Under the pieces are notes generated by a model. That model saw only the letters and a list, made by a program, of their open reading frames with translations. It did no database searches and had not been told where the DNA came from. The position numbers and the translations under genes are program-made. From Blepharisma stoltei ATCC 30299 (Eukaryota > Protista > Ciliophora): 64,000 nt of DNA. The stretch spans positions 682,001 through 746,000 of the forward strand of contig CBFDEM010000057.1 in NCBI GenBank assembly GCA_965603825.1. The letters run 5' to 3'. Below, piece by piece: positions 49,172 through 63,652 of this stretch. Position 1 is the stretch's first letter. Each line of letters starts with the position of its first letter.

Positions 49172-49640
49172 ATTCGGGTGTATTCAGCTGCGCCATAAAT
49201 GGGTTTAAGCTTTATTTAAGGGCATAGGAGATATTTTTGGTAGATTTCGCCAGGATCTGAAAGAGTTTAATATTTATTGATCTAGTTGGAGGGGATATGC
49301 CAAGCTCTTGTGAGGTAACTTTTTCCCAGAGAGCAGGCATAGATTTTTGGTAAAAAGAATATAAACTTCCTGTTCTAAGCATATAGAATGCTTGTTTTGT
49401 TATCGTCCGCAGCCTTATATTGCTATTATCCTATATATGCGTTACATTGAAGCAAAGCCATAAGTTGGGCAGCCCAATGGTGTAGAGATCCCAAAATAAT
49501 GACTTAGTATCTATTAGGTTATTTATTTCAAGTAATTCCAAGAGATGAGGATAAATTTCCATGTTTTGATTATTTAAATGAGCAATGAAACGCTATAGAT
49601 TTTAATAGGCGCTAGCTATGATATCGTAATGCTTTATATA
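49172..49640 (-). pseudogene. inverted, internally deleted relic of the USP gene at 60432-62558
   Basis: Reverse complement matches ~60350-60647 (upstream region, ATG at 49562, retained intron GTAACGCATATATAG at 49431-49445) joined to 61826-62044. Confidence 0.88.
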
Positions 49641-50501
49641 AAAAGCACTTAAAAAATACTGAAAAAAGCTTAGAATATAAGAAAACTAAAAAAATTATTT
49701 TGATGTTTCAAGCTTGATGAGAATTTAATGGAGTTATAAAATTACTTATTCAATATTGTGAATAAATAATGAATAAAGTTAGCTCTCTTTTAAATTTAAG
49801 TCCATATAAGCCTGTGATATTACTAAAACTAGTCCTTGCAAGGCACAATAATACTTGTCCAAATTTCCAAAATAATTATAAGCACTTAAAATTCAAATAT
49901 GTTATACAATTAGATAGGCTAATGGTCTGATTTATTTTAAATTTTATTAGACAAATTTTTTGTATATTTCTAAAACAGGATTAAAGTCAGTTACATTATT
50001 TTAGCATTTTACTTTTAGCATTTAATTATAAATACAAAATTATTCCGAAACTTTTGGTATTTTTTATTTGCAAGTCGTTAAATTAGATGGTGAAATTTTA
50101 GTTAAAGGAATATTATAAAGACTTTTAGCAAGCTGAGCCAGCGAAAAAAGTTTTATTTCGAGATAAATTTATATATGAATAAGATTTAATTAAAATTTTA
50201 CTTTCAACACTAATAATTAACGATATAATAAAAATAATTTTTGGTTTGATCATACACTAATACTTGATAGTAAAATTCTTAATTTAAAATTCATCAACTC
50301 TAAACTAAGATTAGCCTTTTAATGCTTTTAAAAAAGAAATAATTATTTTGCATTTATTTATTATGAGTAACCTTGATCCATTATCAAATAACAAATTTTT
50401 GACCAACATTTAATTTTTTAATGCATGAAATTTTTAAATTAAAATCCTACTCTGTTTTTCGGTTTTTAGAGCCATTTCAAGTACTGGCAAAGATATAAAA
50501 C

Positions 50502-51941
50502 ATGGAAAAACTTAGCAAAAGTTTACTATTTTTTATACTTACTTTCAGTTATTTTTTCGCTGTCGCAGATGCCAGCATTAAGACTATAAAAAAAGCTAAT
50601 ACTCCAGTCTATTGTGAGCTGTCAATGCTGGATGAGTCTTCCCATGAGGATAGTTTTCGATCAAAGAATATTCCAGAAAAATCTTTACCACAAAGAGCTG
50701 AACAAAACAACAGCACTGGAAGGAAATTAAAGATCGCTATCATAGGCTGTATTGCTGTTGGTCATATAACCCCAACAATCGATATGATAAGAGCTTTAAA
50801 ATCAAAAGGTCATGATGTCGTTTTTTACGCACCCATTTATACTCAAAATTTAATAGAGTCAACCGGAGCGAAATTTATCCCATATCCAGAACAAAAGCAA
50901 GCTAAAATTACACCAATTGATAGAAAAGAGATTAGGGTCAATGAAACTGGATTGCAACTTATGTCGATTTTTGGTGGCTACACAGATTATATAATGCCAT
51001 GGTTTTTAGAAAATTTTGAAAAAGAGCAATTTGATGCTGTTATTTATAGCTCCCTTACTATTTGGGGCAATGCTGTAGCAAGCTATTTCAAAATTCCATA
51101 TTTATGCCTTGGAATTTCAGTTCTGCCAGCAGAGGACAATGCTTGGAATCAAACCCATTTTTACGATGAAGGAAAAGAGCAGCAGCTAGAATTTGCAAAT
51201 AGGCTTCATAATCAATATAATACTACAGCAGTTAATTTGATAGAAATGTTTTCGTGCAGTTATGCGAAAAAAGTATTGATGTTTTCTTCACAAAAATTCT
51301 TAGAAGCAGCATCAAATTACAGGTTTTCAGAGCCAGAAAAATATTTTTTTTTGAATTCCATTTCTTCTCAAACATCAAAAAATTTTATTTCTAAATTAAA
51401 AGAAAACAGTATTATATACCTATCACTTGGAACAGCTTTTAATCAACGCCCAGACATTTTTGAATCTATAATAACCTATTTCAACCAAACCAAATATGAG
51501 CTGATTGTAAGCACTGGGATGAATGAAAACCTCTATCAAGCTCTTACGTCTAAATATAACAGCAGCAATATAAAAATTAATTTATACACCAATCAGGTAA
51601 GGCTGCTTAAAGATGTAGCTATTTTTATAACCCATGCTGGGCTTAATAGCATAAAAGAAGCAATTTCTTTTACAATACCAACAGTTGCAATTCCTCAAGG
51701 GGCTGATCAATTTTGAATTTCAAAAGCTATTACAGATCTTAAAATTGGAGCTTCAGTTGAAGATTATGAAGGTAGCTTAGATAATAAGTTTAAAGCTGCG
51801 TTTCAGGAGATTGAACAGAACTTTGAGACTTATAAAGAAAATCTGAAGAATGTTCAAAAAAATTATTTTGATGGCCCAAGTTTTGATGAGTCTATTATGG
51901 ATTTAGAAAACTATTTATTAGATATAACGGATAAGCAATAA
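50502..51941 (+). CDS. UDP-glycosyltransferase, GT1/MGT-like with signal peptide (copy C1)
   Basis: MEKLSKSLLFFILTFSYFFAVADA signal; VGHITPT, IYLSLGT, FITHAGLNSIKEA, PQGADQF-W; stop TAA 51939-51941. Confidence 0.88.
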
Positions 51942-52534
51942 TAGACTTATCATTAATTATTAGCAATATTATGCATATTTATAAAATCATCAAACATTAT
52001 AGATTTCATATTTCAATATATAAATATATAAATATTTAGCATTTATTTATTTAATTATCGACAAATATAATAAATTTAGATGCATTAATAAGATTAAAAT
52101 TATTTAGAGAATATTAAAAAGACTTTAGCAAACTGAGCTAGCGAAAAATGTTTTATTTCGAGAAAAATTTATTTATCAACTCGAATTGGATCTAATTAAA
52201 ATTTGCTTCCAGCATTGGTAATTAACCTTTAATAAAAATAAAATAGTAAATTTCTTAATTTAAAATTTATCAAATCTTAACTCAGCTGAGCCTTTTGATC
52301 GTCTCATTTATAGTAAACTATATCGATATTTAAAGCAAAGGCACAAAAATACTTAAAACTTCAATAATTAATTGAATACCTTTTAATAAAGAATTAATTA
52401 TTTTCCTTTATATTTTATCAGCAATCTAATCCATTTTTAAATAAAATTTTGAATAGCATTTAATTTTTAATGCATGGTTATTTTTAACATATAGTCTCTT
52501 AAAGCTATTTTAGGTACTGATAAGTATATAAAAC

Positions 52535-53956
52535 ATGGAAAAGCTTGCTAAAAGTTTACTATTCTTTATACTTACTGCCAGTTATTTTTTCGCAGTTGCA
52601 GATGCCAGCACTGAGACTCTAAAAGCTGACACTCCAGTCTATTGTGAGCCGTCAATGCTGCATGAGTCTTCCCATGAGGATAGTTTGCGATCAAAAAATA
52701 TTTCAGAAAGAGCTGAACAAAACAACAGCACTGGAAGGAAATTAAAGATCGCTATCATAGGCTGTATTGCTATTGGTCATATAACCCCAACAATCGATAT
52801 GACAAGAGCTTTAAAATCAAAAGGTCACGATGTCGTCTATTACGCGCCCATTTATACTCAGAATTTAATAGAGTCTACTGGAGCGAAATTTATCCCATAT
52901 CCAGAGCAAAAGCTAGCTAAAGTTACACCTCTTGATAAAAAAGAGATTCGGGTCAATGAAACTGGATTGCTACTTATAGCGGCGTTTGGTGGTTACACAG
53001 ATTATATAATGCCATGGTTTTTAGAAAATTTCGAAAAAGAACAATTTGATGCTGTTATTTATACCTCCTTTGCTATTTGGGGCAATGCTGTAGCAAGCTA
53101 TTTCAAAATTCCATATTTATGCCTTGGGACTAGCGTACTGCCAGCAGAGGACAATGCTTGAAATGAAACCCATTTTTACGATGAAGGAAAAGAGCAGCAG
53201 CTAGAATTTACAAATAGGCTTCATAATAAATATAATACTACAGCAGTTAATTTGATAGAAATGTTTTCGTGCAGTTATGCGAAAAAAGTATTGATGGTTT
53301 CTTCACAAAAATTCTTAGAAGCAGCATCAGATCACAGGTTTTCAGAGCCAGAAAAATATTTTTTTTTGAGTTCCATTTCTTCTCAAACATCAAAAAATTT
53401 TATTTCTAAATTAAAAGAAAACAGTATTATATACCTATCACTTGGAACAACTTTTAATCAACGCCCAGACATTTTTGAATCTATCATGACCTATTTCAAC
53501 CAAACCAAATATGAGCTGATTGTGAGTGCTGGAATGAATGAAAAACTTTATCAAGCTCTTACGTCTAAAAATTACAGCAGCAATATAAAAATTAATTTAT
53601 ACACCAATCAGGTAAGGCTGCTTAAAGATGTAGCTATTTTTATAACCCATGCTGGGCTTAATAGCATAAAAGAAGCAATTTCTTTTACAATACCAACAGT
53701 TACAATTCCTCAAGGGGCTGACCAATTTTGAATTTCAAAAGCTATTAAAGATCTTAAAATTGGAGCTTCAGTTGAAGATTATGAAGGTAGCTTAGATGAT
53801 AAGTTTAAAGCTGCGTTTCAGGAGATTGAACAGAACTTTGAGACTTATAAAGAAAATCTGAAGAATGTTCAAAAAAATTATTTTGATGGCCCAAGTTTTG
53901 ATGAGTCTATTATGGATTTAGAAAACTATTTATTAGATATAACGGATAAGCAATAA
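52535..53956 (+). CDS. UDP-glycosyltransferase, GT1/MGT-like with signal peptide (copy C2)
   Basis: Close paralog of C1; two TGA=Trp; stop TAA 53954-53956. Confidence 0.88.
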
Positions 53957-54196
53957 TAGACTTATCATTAATTATTAGCAATATTATGCATATTTATAAA
54001 ATCATCAAACATTATAGATTTCATATTTCAATATATAAATTTTAGCTAATAATCTAGTCTATTTCTTAGGTAAAAATATTGATTATGAAGTCAATTATAA
54101 TAATTAGGCAAATTTATCTTGTTTAAACAACTAATATAAGAAAAAAATGCATTTAGGATAAATGAAAAGTTAAAAATTTTACTTACAAAATAAAAT

Positions 54197-54613
54197 ATGC
54201 AGGTAAAAGCGATAATTGCATATTCTACTTGTGTTCTTATTTACTTTGTCTGTCTATCTGGATTTATCTACGATCTCATCACACGTGCAACAGTTATTGG
54301 ATTCGACCTCAGAAAAAATAGAGTAGAGTATGTTCATCGAGGTCATAGAGAACAATACGGAGGTGAAGGTATTGTAATGAGCTTTTTAATATGTCTCTGC
54401 GGCTGTGCATTAGTAGGAATTAACAATTTAAGAAAATTGCCTCCTTGAATCGTTAGAATAGGTGGACTGTTTTGCTTGATGATACTAGTTTTTTCATACA
54501 GAAAAGTAATTGAAGTTTACAGAATTAAAATGCCTTGGTATGGGCCTGGGTTTTATCCGCCTTCACATTATGTCAAAGGCCCTTTAATTAATGACCAAGG
54601 CTACTCTATATAA
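54197..54613 (+). CDS. oligosaccharyltransferase subunit, OST3/OST6/OSTC-like
   Basis: YFVCLSGFIYDLI, REQYGGEGIVMS, VYRIKMPWY; reads through TGA 54446 to TAA 54611-54613. Confidence 0.78.
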
Positions 54614-54660
54614 TTTTACAAAAATTGTATTAATTTTTCAATTCACAATTCTTAATAAAT

Positions 54661-55797
54661 ATGTTTGTCGAAGATGATTCTTCAGTTATAGCTGATAAAA
54701 CAACCTTTATAACCCACACCGATCAAAACGATACAACCAAACTTTTCCAAACAAGTTATACAGAAAAACCTACCGTTGTCTTCAAAATCGAGGAAGCTCA
54801 ACCACCTGAAGTACTTTCTTCATCAGCCCCTTTGCCAGAAAATTCAAACCTCCGCAGGGTGGTTGACAATATTTTTAATACCATGAAAACCAACAACCCA
54901 AAGTTTACCAACCCAATGGTCGAATCAACCTGAAAAAAATACTTTGACACCCAAGAATGCAAAGACATAATCGGGGATATGTTTTGATATTGTGTAATAA
55001 AAGTCGAAAAAAGGAAAAAATACGACACCTATAAGAAACAACTGCTGGAAAGAATTTCACATAATTATATCCAGCTTTTTGTAAATGTTGAGCATGAGGA
55101 TAAAGAAATTTTCTTCGAAAATTTCTATGATTGTATTGCTCAGGCTGTGTTTTACAGCATGTATTTTGCATACCCAAAGTCAAGATCTAGGCTAAATAGT
55201 GAAGAGTTTAAAAGGAGAATTTATGAGTATGTGTCGTCAAAATTAACAGGAATTGCTGTAAGCAATCAAGGCTATAAAAAATGGATTTTAGATCTAGGCG
55301 CTGGGAATGTGCTATCTAATCAAGGCTCAAAGCAGCAAGAAGGACTTTATAATATTCTGCTTCCTCCTATTAGAAAAAAACAAACCAAAAGAAAAATGCA
55401 GCAGCTAAGGTATAGCCCTTTAGTTAAAAGGTATTTAAGCACTAAAAGGTATGAAGCAATTAATGCTATTCCTGTATGAAATATGAGGTATACTTTGAGA
55501 AACCCAGATAAGGAAAAAGAGCTTGATAGAAAATTTAGCTATTATAGGAAAATGGCGATTAGCTGTGAAAGAAAAGCTGTTGAAAAAGATAAAGAATTTC
55601 AAGATTTCAGCTTCAGAGTTGAAGAAAAAATTAAAGAAGACCACAGAGAGTATTTAAAGCAAATAAAAATCCTTAATGAACATACTCAAAAAGTGTTGCA
55701 AGAAAATGCTAATGAGTATGCAAATAAACTTGTTGCTCAGTCTAAAAAAGAGAAAGAAGAGAAAACTAAAAGAAGTTCTTCGTTCAAAGAAAGATAA
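54661..55797 (+). CDS. FAM227-like (FWWh domain) protein
   Basis: Three ORFs join via TGA=Trp; DMFWYC, RISHNYIQLF, FFENFYDCIAQAVFYSMYFAYPKS, SPLVKRYL. Confidence 0.72.
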
Positions 55798-55813
55798 ATG
55801 TTAATTTAATATT

Positions 55814-56407
55814 TTATCAGTATCTTAATGTCGAAATGTCAGATGTCTTGTTTTGGAGCAAAGCTCGCTGCATTAAATGAACTTTTCTTGAATAAGGAAT
55901 CGTAGGGTCAGTCCTAATATCATCTAAAATATCATCAATATTCGGTGCATCTTCTTGTCTCTGGTTTGGCTTAAAATAGCTACTTTTTGCAAAACGGTCC
56001 AAATAATCCACAAATTTACTTTCATTTATTGTATTTGGGATATGTTCTCCATTATTATGCCTTGTAGTTTTAATATTTCTTTTCGGAATTTCGCTATATT
56101 TTGTTGGAGAATTGGCCAAAGAGTTGTCTTTTTCTTTCAAATTAATTTTCTTTGTAAAAAGAGACGCGAGATCTGATGAAAAAATTTCTTCTCTTACTTT
56201 AGCTGTTCTTCCAGACCTTGAAATTGAGATTTGGAATGTCTTATCAGGAGAAAGGGAGCGTGCTCCTTTATATGAGTCTGCAAGAGTCCTAAGCATTCGT
56301 TTTCTTATTGAATTTTCTGTATTAACTCGGTCTTGTCAATAGTGATGTACGTCATTTGGAGACAGAAATGCTGCTTTAAACGGCTTTTTATTCTGTTGGT
56401 TTATCAT
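55814..56407 (-). CDS. hypothetical protein
   Basis: ATG 56407 reads through a TGA into ORF 55817-56296; ends TAC TGA TAA. Confidence 0.65.
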
Positions 56408-56468
56408 TTACTATAATTCCATATTTTATCACATAATTATTATCAATGATAAATTAACAAAAATTCAA

Positions 56469-57875
56469 TTAATTAACATAATTTGTTATTAGCGCGTTAA
56501 TCCTAATCATTTCAAGTTTTGAAATTAGTTTTTCATATAATTCTTCATCTACCTGTCTCTTAACAGTATTTAGCTTTCCTAAATAATTGTCGATATGAAT
56601 AATATCTAGCCTATACTCGTCTTCTATATAATCAGTCATGGCATGAAGTATAAATTCATCAGTCTCTTCATCTTTTCCTAATTCTTCTATTAAAATTTCT
56701 CCGATCCCTAAATCTAATATCCGCTTTGATTGCAAAGGATTGCAAGCTGAAGCTGCATTGCAAAGTGCATAAATTCCTTCTTTTTTCACAACCAAACTTT
56801 CATTCTCTAGTGTTAGCCTCATTAATTCAAAAAATCCACATTTCAAGGCTTCTTCAATTATTTCGTCACTTTCTACAAATAAATTGTATAAAATCCAATA
56901 AATTTCTTTTTTTAAACATTTTAATTGAGTTTCATAAATAATTTGATAAAGGCTCATTAAAATGCCAGAATTGATTAAAAGATTTATATTTGCATCTGTT
57001 ACACAGTAATTTCCAAAGACTTTCAAAGATGGGAATGCAAGGCAAACTTCAGGAGAATTTATTAAAGATATAATTTTTATAATGAGGGGGTCTGGGAAAT
57101 ACTTTGGAGAGCTGTTTTCATTAGTTAAATATCATAAAGACCATAGTGCATTCATCAGTGTTTCTGTGTCTTCACTATATAAAAGAGCCCTTGTTATAAA
57201 AGGAATAAAAGGCTTAATTTCATGATCATGAGGGATTGGCTGGATTTTTATCAAATTTGAAACACTTCATACCAAAGTAAAAGAAATTTGTGACTCATCT
57301 AGCCCATTTAAATAGCCCACTACCGTCTTCATATCAATTTCGTTTAAAATTAAATTTCTATACCTAGCACTCTCGGCAGCAATATTCCCAATTGCCCACA
57401 TAATTTGTGTAAAAAGTCGAATTCCTGCCTTTTTAATTAATCAATTAAAAAGCTCAATGCTCCTTATAGATAATACATATTGTATACAGATTTCATTGCC
57501 TGATGCCAAATTTGATAAAATTCATGCTATTTCGAGCGCAAAAGTCTCGTCATAATTTGGGATAAGTTGGATTAAATGCGGGATTATTCAAGAACTCATA
57601 ATTTGCTGGAATGGAGGGTCTGTTTCTTTACAAGTGAGATTTCTTATAATATGGGCTGCTTTGATATGGCTTGTGGAATCCTCAGCTTGGATTAAAGAAA
57701 TTGCACATTTAATTAAGTCTTCGTTAGGTAAATTTAGCTGATTTAGCTCAAAATCAGCTGAAAAATCTGATGATTTTGCTTTGTGGATGTTTAAATTTGT
57801 GAACAACTCTGATAGAGTGTCTTGGTTAGATTCAATCTGTGGCGGATTATCATTTCTATCATTATCACAATCCAT
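56469..57875 (-). CDS. importin-alpha-like ARM-repeat protein without a recognisable IBB domain
   Basis: Continuous with TGA=Trp: EIAWILSNLASG, QIMWAIGNIAAES, LVWSVSNL, KKEIYWILYNL, KKEGIYALCNA. Confidence 0.82.
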
Positions 57876-57987
57876 AGTAAAGGTATTTTATCTTATATTA
57901 TGTTCAGAATTATTAGCTTTTAATTATAAAATCAAAGTGTAAAAATTTATTTTGATTTTATTATAATTAATTACAAATCTTTCCCCT

Positions 57988-58998
57988 ATGATAAGATCAA
58001 GAAACAAGCGACAATCTGAAACACCCCTCAAAAGGAAAACTACTGCAAATTACAATTCATTTCGCACAAATTCTCTTATTGAAAAGTCTAATATTTCTCC
58101 TATAATTGTCCCTAAAATGATTAGAACAGTAAGCTGCTATTTAACTGCATCAACCGTAACCTCCCCTCCTCCTCTGGATTTGGAATCAGAAGCAGAGCCT
58201 AATTGATCTAGACAAACTCATAAATATGAACAGAAAATTCGTGTAGCTCATAGTCCAGAAGATGATTTATATCTTAATAAAGCCATAGATTTCTTAACAA
58301 CCATTGAAACCCAGTCAAGTGAAGGAGCAGTCGAAAGGTGATCTAGCGAAGATTCGACCCCAGAATCAGAGAGCTTTCGTTGATTAGCTGAATCAGGGGC
58401 TGTTAAAGAATCATTTAGGAATTGCCTCATTTTTTCTGACTGAAATCAGTTTCCTATCATTGACCTTAGCGATATGCCTTTTGCGATCCCCAATTCTTTA
58501 ATAAAAGATAACCTTAATGAAGAATTCAAAGAAAAACACCCATTCCTTCACCAAAAATTGACGCTAAGCAAGATAGTGAACTTAAGAGAGGATCTGGTTT
58601 CAAAAATGTGCAGAAATATGGATATTGAGGCTTGTACTTTAGCAATAGCCTGGGTATATTTTATAAGGCTACTTAGTAAAAATGTGATTACGAAAGCTAA
58701 TAGAAAATTATATGGAGCTATCTGCGTCTTATTAGCGTATAAATTCAATGAAGAATCTCATTTGGATGACAACAAAGACCAGATAAATACAATTATAAAA
58801 TTTGTAGGCTCAATGGACAAGCATGGTTTGCTGCAGCATAAGCATATCTCTAGAATAGAATTTGAGGTTTACGCCCATTTAAATTTTTCGCTTTTGCTGA
58901 AGTATGAGGAATTTAAAGAAGAATTTTTATATACTTTATGCAGGATGGGCATTACATTTGACGACTACATTGGTGGCTTTTATGATGATTTAGCATAA
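57988..58998 (+). CDS. CABLES-like cyclin-box protein
   Basis: Four TGA=Trp; LNEEFKEKHP..LTLSKIVNLR, AWVYFIRL, NRKLYGAICVLLAYKFNE, EFEVYAHLNFSL. Confidence 0.78.
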
Positions 58999-59212
58999 TT
59001 CATTATTAGCTTTTAATTGGTATAATAATTAATAAATTTCCCTATATTAGCTGTCTTTATGCTATATTTTATTTTTAATAAATTCTAGTAGAGAGATTCA
59101 ATAAAAATTAATTTATTATATAAATATTATTAATCCGACCAAACATTACCTTAAAAATACAAAAATTTCGTTAAAGACACAAAATTTATTAATTATTAAT
59201 TATTTTGTGAAG

Positions 59213-60106
59213 TTAATGAAACCCTTCTAATCTCTTATTGTGTTGATTGTTTTTGTTTCCTCTTTTTCCGGAAAGCATTTTAAATATAGACAAGCAGCTT
59301 GATACAAGCCCACAAGTACTCACGAAAATATTACTCATATGCTTTGACAGCGGAAGTCTTAAAGACTTCGTGATTGAAATTATTTTAAAAATATTGATGA
59401 CAATTTCTAAGAACTGAAATCTCCTTTTCTGTCGTGCTTTTAATAAACAATTTGTGTTTTTATACCCTAAAGTCCCTATACCAATTGACTTTTCAGGGTT
59501 CAATTCTAATTCTTGCAAAATATCCTTTTCTTTTATATACCTCTTATGCGCAGTTGCCAAATTAATTAAAATTCTCAGCGCAGACCTTGCAAACGCCACC
59601 ACATCTTTTGTGCTTTCCAGTCTCAAATTTGCATACAAAATAACTTTGCTGATGACCCCAATTCTAGCGATTCATAATAAATTGTCGATAAGGTAATAGA
59701 TCGTCCCAATAAAATGTTTCAGTAATTTAAGTATAAGCACAACGTCCATAGGCTTCCTAATCTTTTCGCCGAAGCCTGAAAGTTCTTCCATTCATCTGAA
59801 TAACCGAAAGATCTTCCGGCCATCTTTCATAGATTCCTGGATTGCTTTAGAGTTCCTTACAGATAATGGTCAGTCCCTTATTCGGAGAGAGGAAAGATAG
59901 TCAAGCATACATTGCTTGTATAGGTCGGCGAGGTATTGAACGACGCCTAACAGTTTATCTCTTCCTCTGGTGGAGCGGAGTAGGTGTGATACATTTGAAG
60001 AAATAAACAGAATCAAGTAAGAGCCTTTTAATGTAGGGTGGGAAAGCTTTTCGAGGATCGAGATTGATGGACTCTTTTTCACTCCTCTATGATTAGTAGT
60101 CAGCAT
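59213..60106 (-). CDS. PEX11: peroxisomal biogenesis factor 11
   Basis: STRGRDKLLGVVQY, MKDGRKIFRLFRW, YYLIDNLLWIARIG, CGLVSS; three TGA=Trp. Confidence 0.82.
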
Positions 60107-60431
60107 TTTTATTGGTTTATTTAAGATATATTAGGTCACCACTATTATCAGAGCAATTTTTCTGAATGATGTTTTGTTGTGGGCAGATTATTTAGGAAAA
60201 TATATTTTATTCAACAGAGTAAAATATTTAAATATTTTAACTGATTTAAGGATCTATATAAAAACTAGGGTGATATAGCAAAATAGATCTAAATCGGGTG
60301 AAATTGGCTTGGTAATTTTTATTTCTGATTATAGAAAAGGATTAATAAGGTTATATAAATCATGGTGATGTCATAATTAACGCCTATTAAAAGTCTATAA
60401 CAATTTCATTGCTTGTTTAAATAATCAAAAC

Positions 60432-62558
<2,127 letters not shown>

Positions 62559-62644
62559 TTTATCTATTTATCATATAAATATTATCTAATTTCTTATGGT
62601 CCTACACAACTAAAACTTTTTTATTATCTAAAATTTTAAGTTAA

Positions 62645-63502
62645 ATGGAAGGAAACAGCGAAAAACCTAGACGAAAGCGTAGAGGTAGAAAACTCAAGAA
62701 AAAGCACCAATTCAAAGCCTCATTTCTCCAAACAACCCCTGCAGAAACTGTCCCACAATTCGAAAGAAAAGAAACTGTCACTAAATTCAAAGAATTAATT
62801 GATTTGCAACAAAAAAACAAGGAATATAAAACAGAGTGGCTCGGCCTTTACACCACAATGAAAGAAATCCCTCTAAAGCGATCTCTAGTCCGCGACACTC
62901 TGCCATCTCTTCAAGCAGAAAAATTCTCATCTGACTCATCTGCATCAGCTACCAAAAAAATTCCTGCAATGAGGCAAACTTTTGACAGCTCCAGAATTAA
63001 TATGCTGCTGGTTAGTTCCCAATCAGTTCCTTTAATCACTAATCGTAATAGAAAAGAAAAAACTGAAAGGGAAAATTCGACCCAAACTAGGCTTTCCACA
63101 ATGAGAAAATCAGGTTCAGCTGTATCTAAAGACTACCATGAAGGGAATAATGATTTTAGGGTTATTATTCCGAAATCAATTGAAAGGTTAGGAAAAGCGC
63201 AAAGGGCTGAAAACAATTCGCCAAGTGAAATGCCATCACAGAGGCTTTTATCGACTACTCAGTTAGAGTTTAGTCTTCCACTTCAGCAGAAAATTGGACA
63301 AAATTCAGATTTTTCTGTACCGTCAATAAAAAATTCACCTGTGACAAAGCCGAGAAAAGCAAATGATGCTATTAAGTCAGTTTCTCCAAAAGCATTTAAT
63401 CCTGCTGTAATTCCTGAGCTGCCAAATCCAAAAGTTACTATAAATGATATTCTATTTTATATAGAATACCTTAATAAAAAAACTAATCGCTTTTGTGTTT
63501 AA
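62645..63502 (+). CDS. hypothetical basic low-complexity protein
   Basis: 285-aa ORF, NLS-like KPRRKRRGRKLKKK. Confidence 0.7.
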   Translation: MEGNSEKPRRKRRGRKLKKKHQFKASFLQTTPAETVPQFERKETVTKFKELIDLQQKNKEYKTEWLGLYTTMKEIPLKRSLVRDTLPSLQAEKFSSDSSASATKKIPAMRQTFDSSRINMLLVSSQSVPLITNRNRKEKTERENSTQTRLSTMRKSGSAVSKDYHEGNNDFRVIIPKSIERLGKAQRAENNSPSEMPSQRLLSTTQLEFSLPLQQKIGQNSDFSVPSIKNSPVTKPRKANDAIKSVSPKAFNPAVIPELPNPKVTINDILFYIEYLNKKTNRFCV

Positions 63503-63652
63503 TAAATACTGTTATAAATCCTTATTATTTATTTTAATATTTAGCATTTTATAAATAAAAAATATTATTAAACCTAAAATATATAGCAGAAGTTATTTAA
63601 AAAGCAATTATTTATGTTATCAATACAATACACGTCAAATATGATTTTGTAA

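Noticed and set aside
55814-55819. TGA acting as a context-dependent stop codon
   Set aside because: TGA is immediately followed by TAA, and no gene in the window requires TGA termination.
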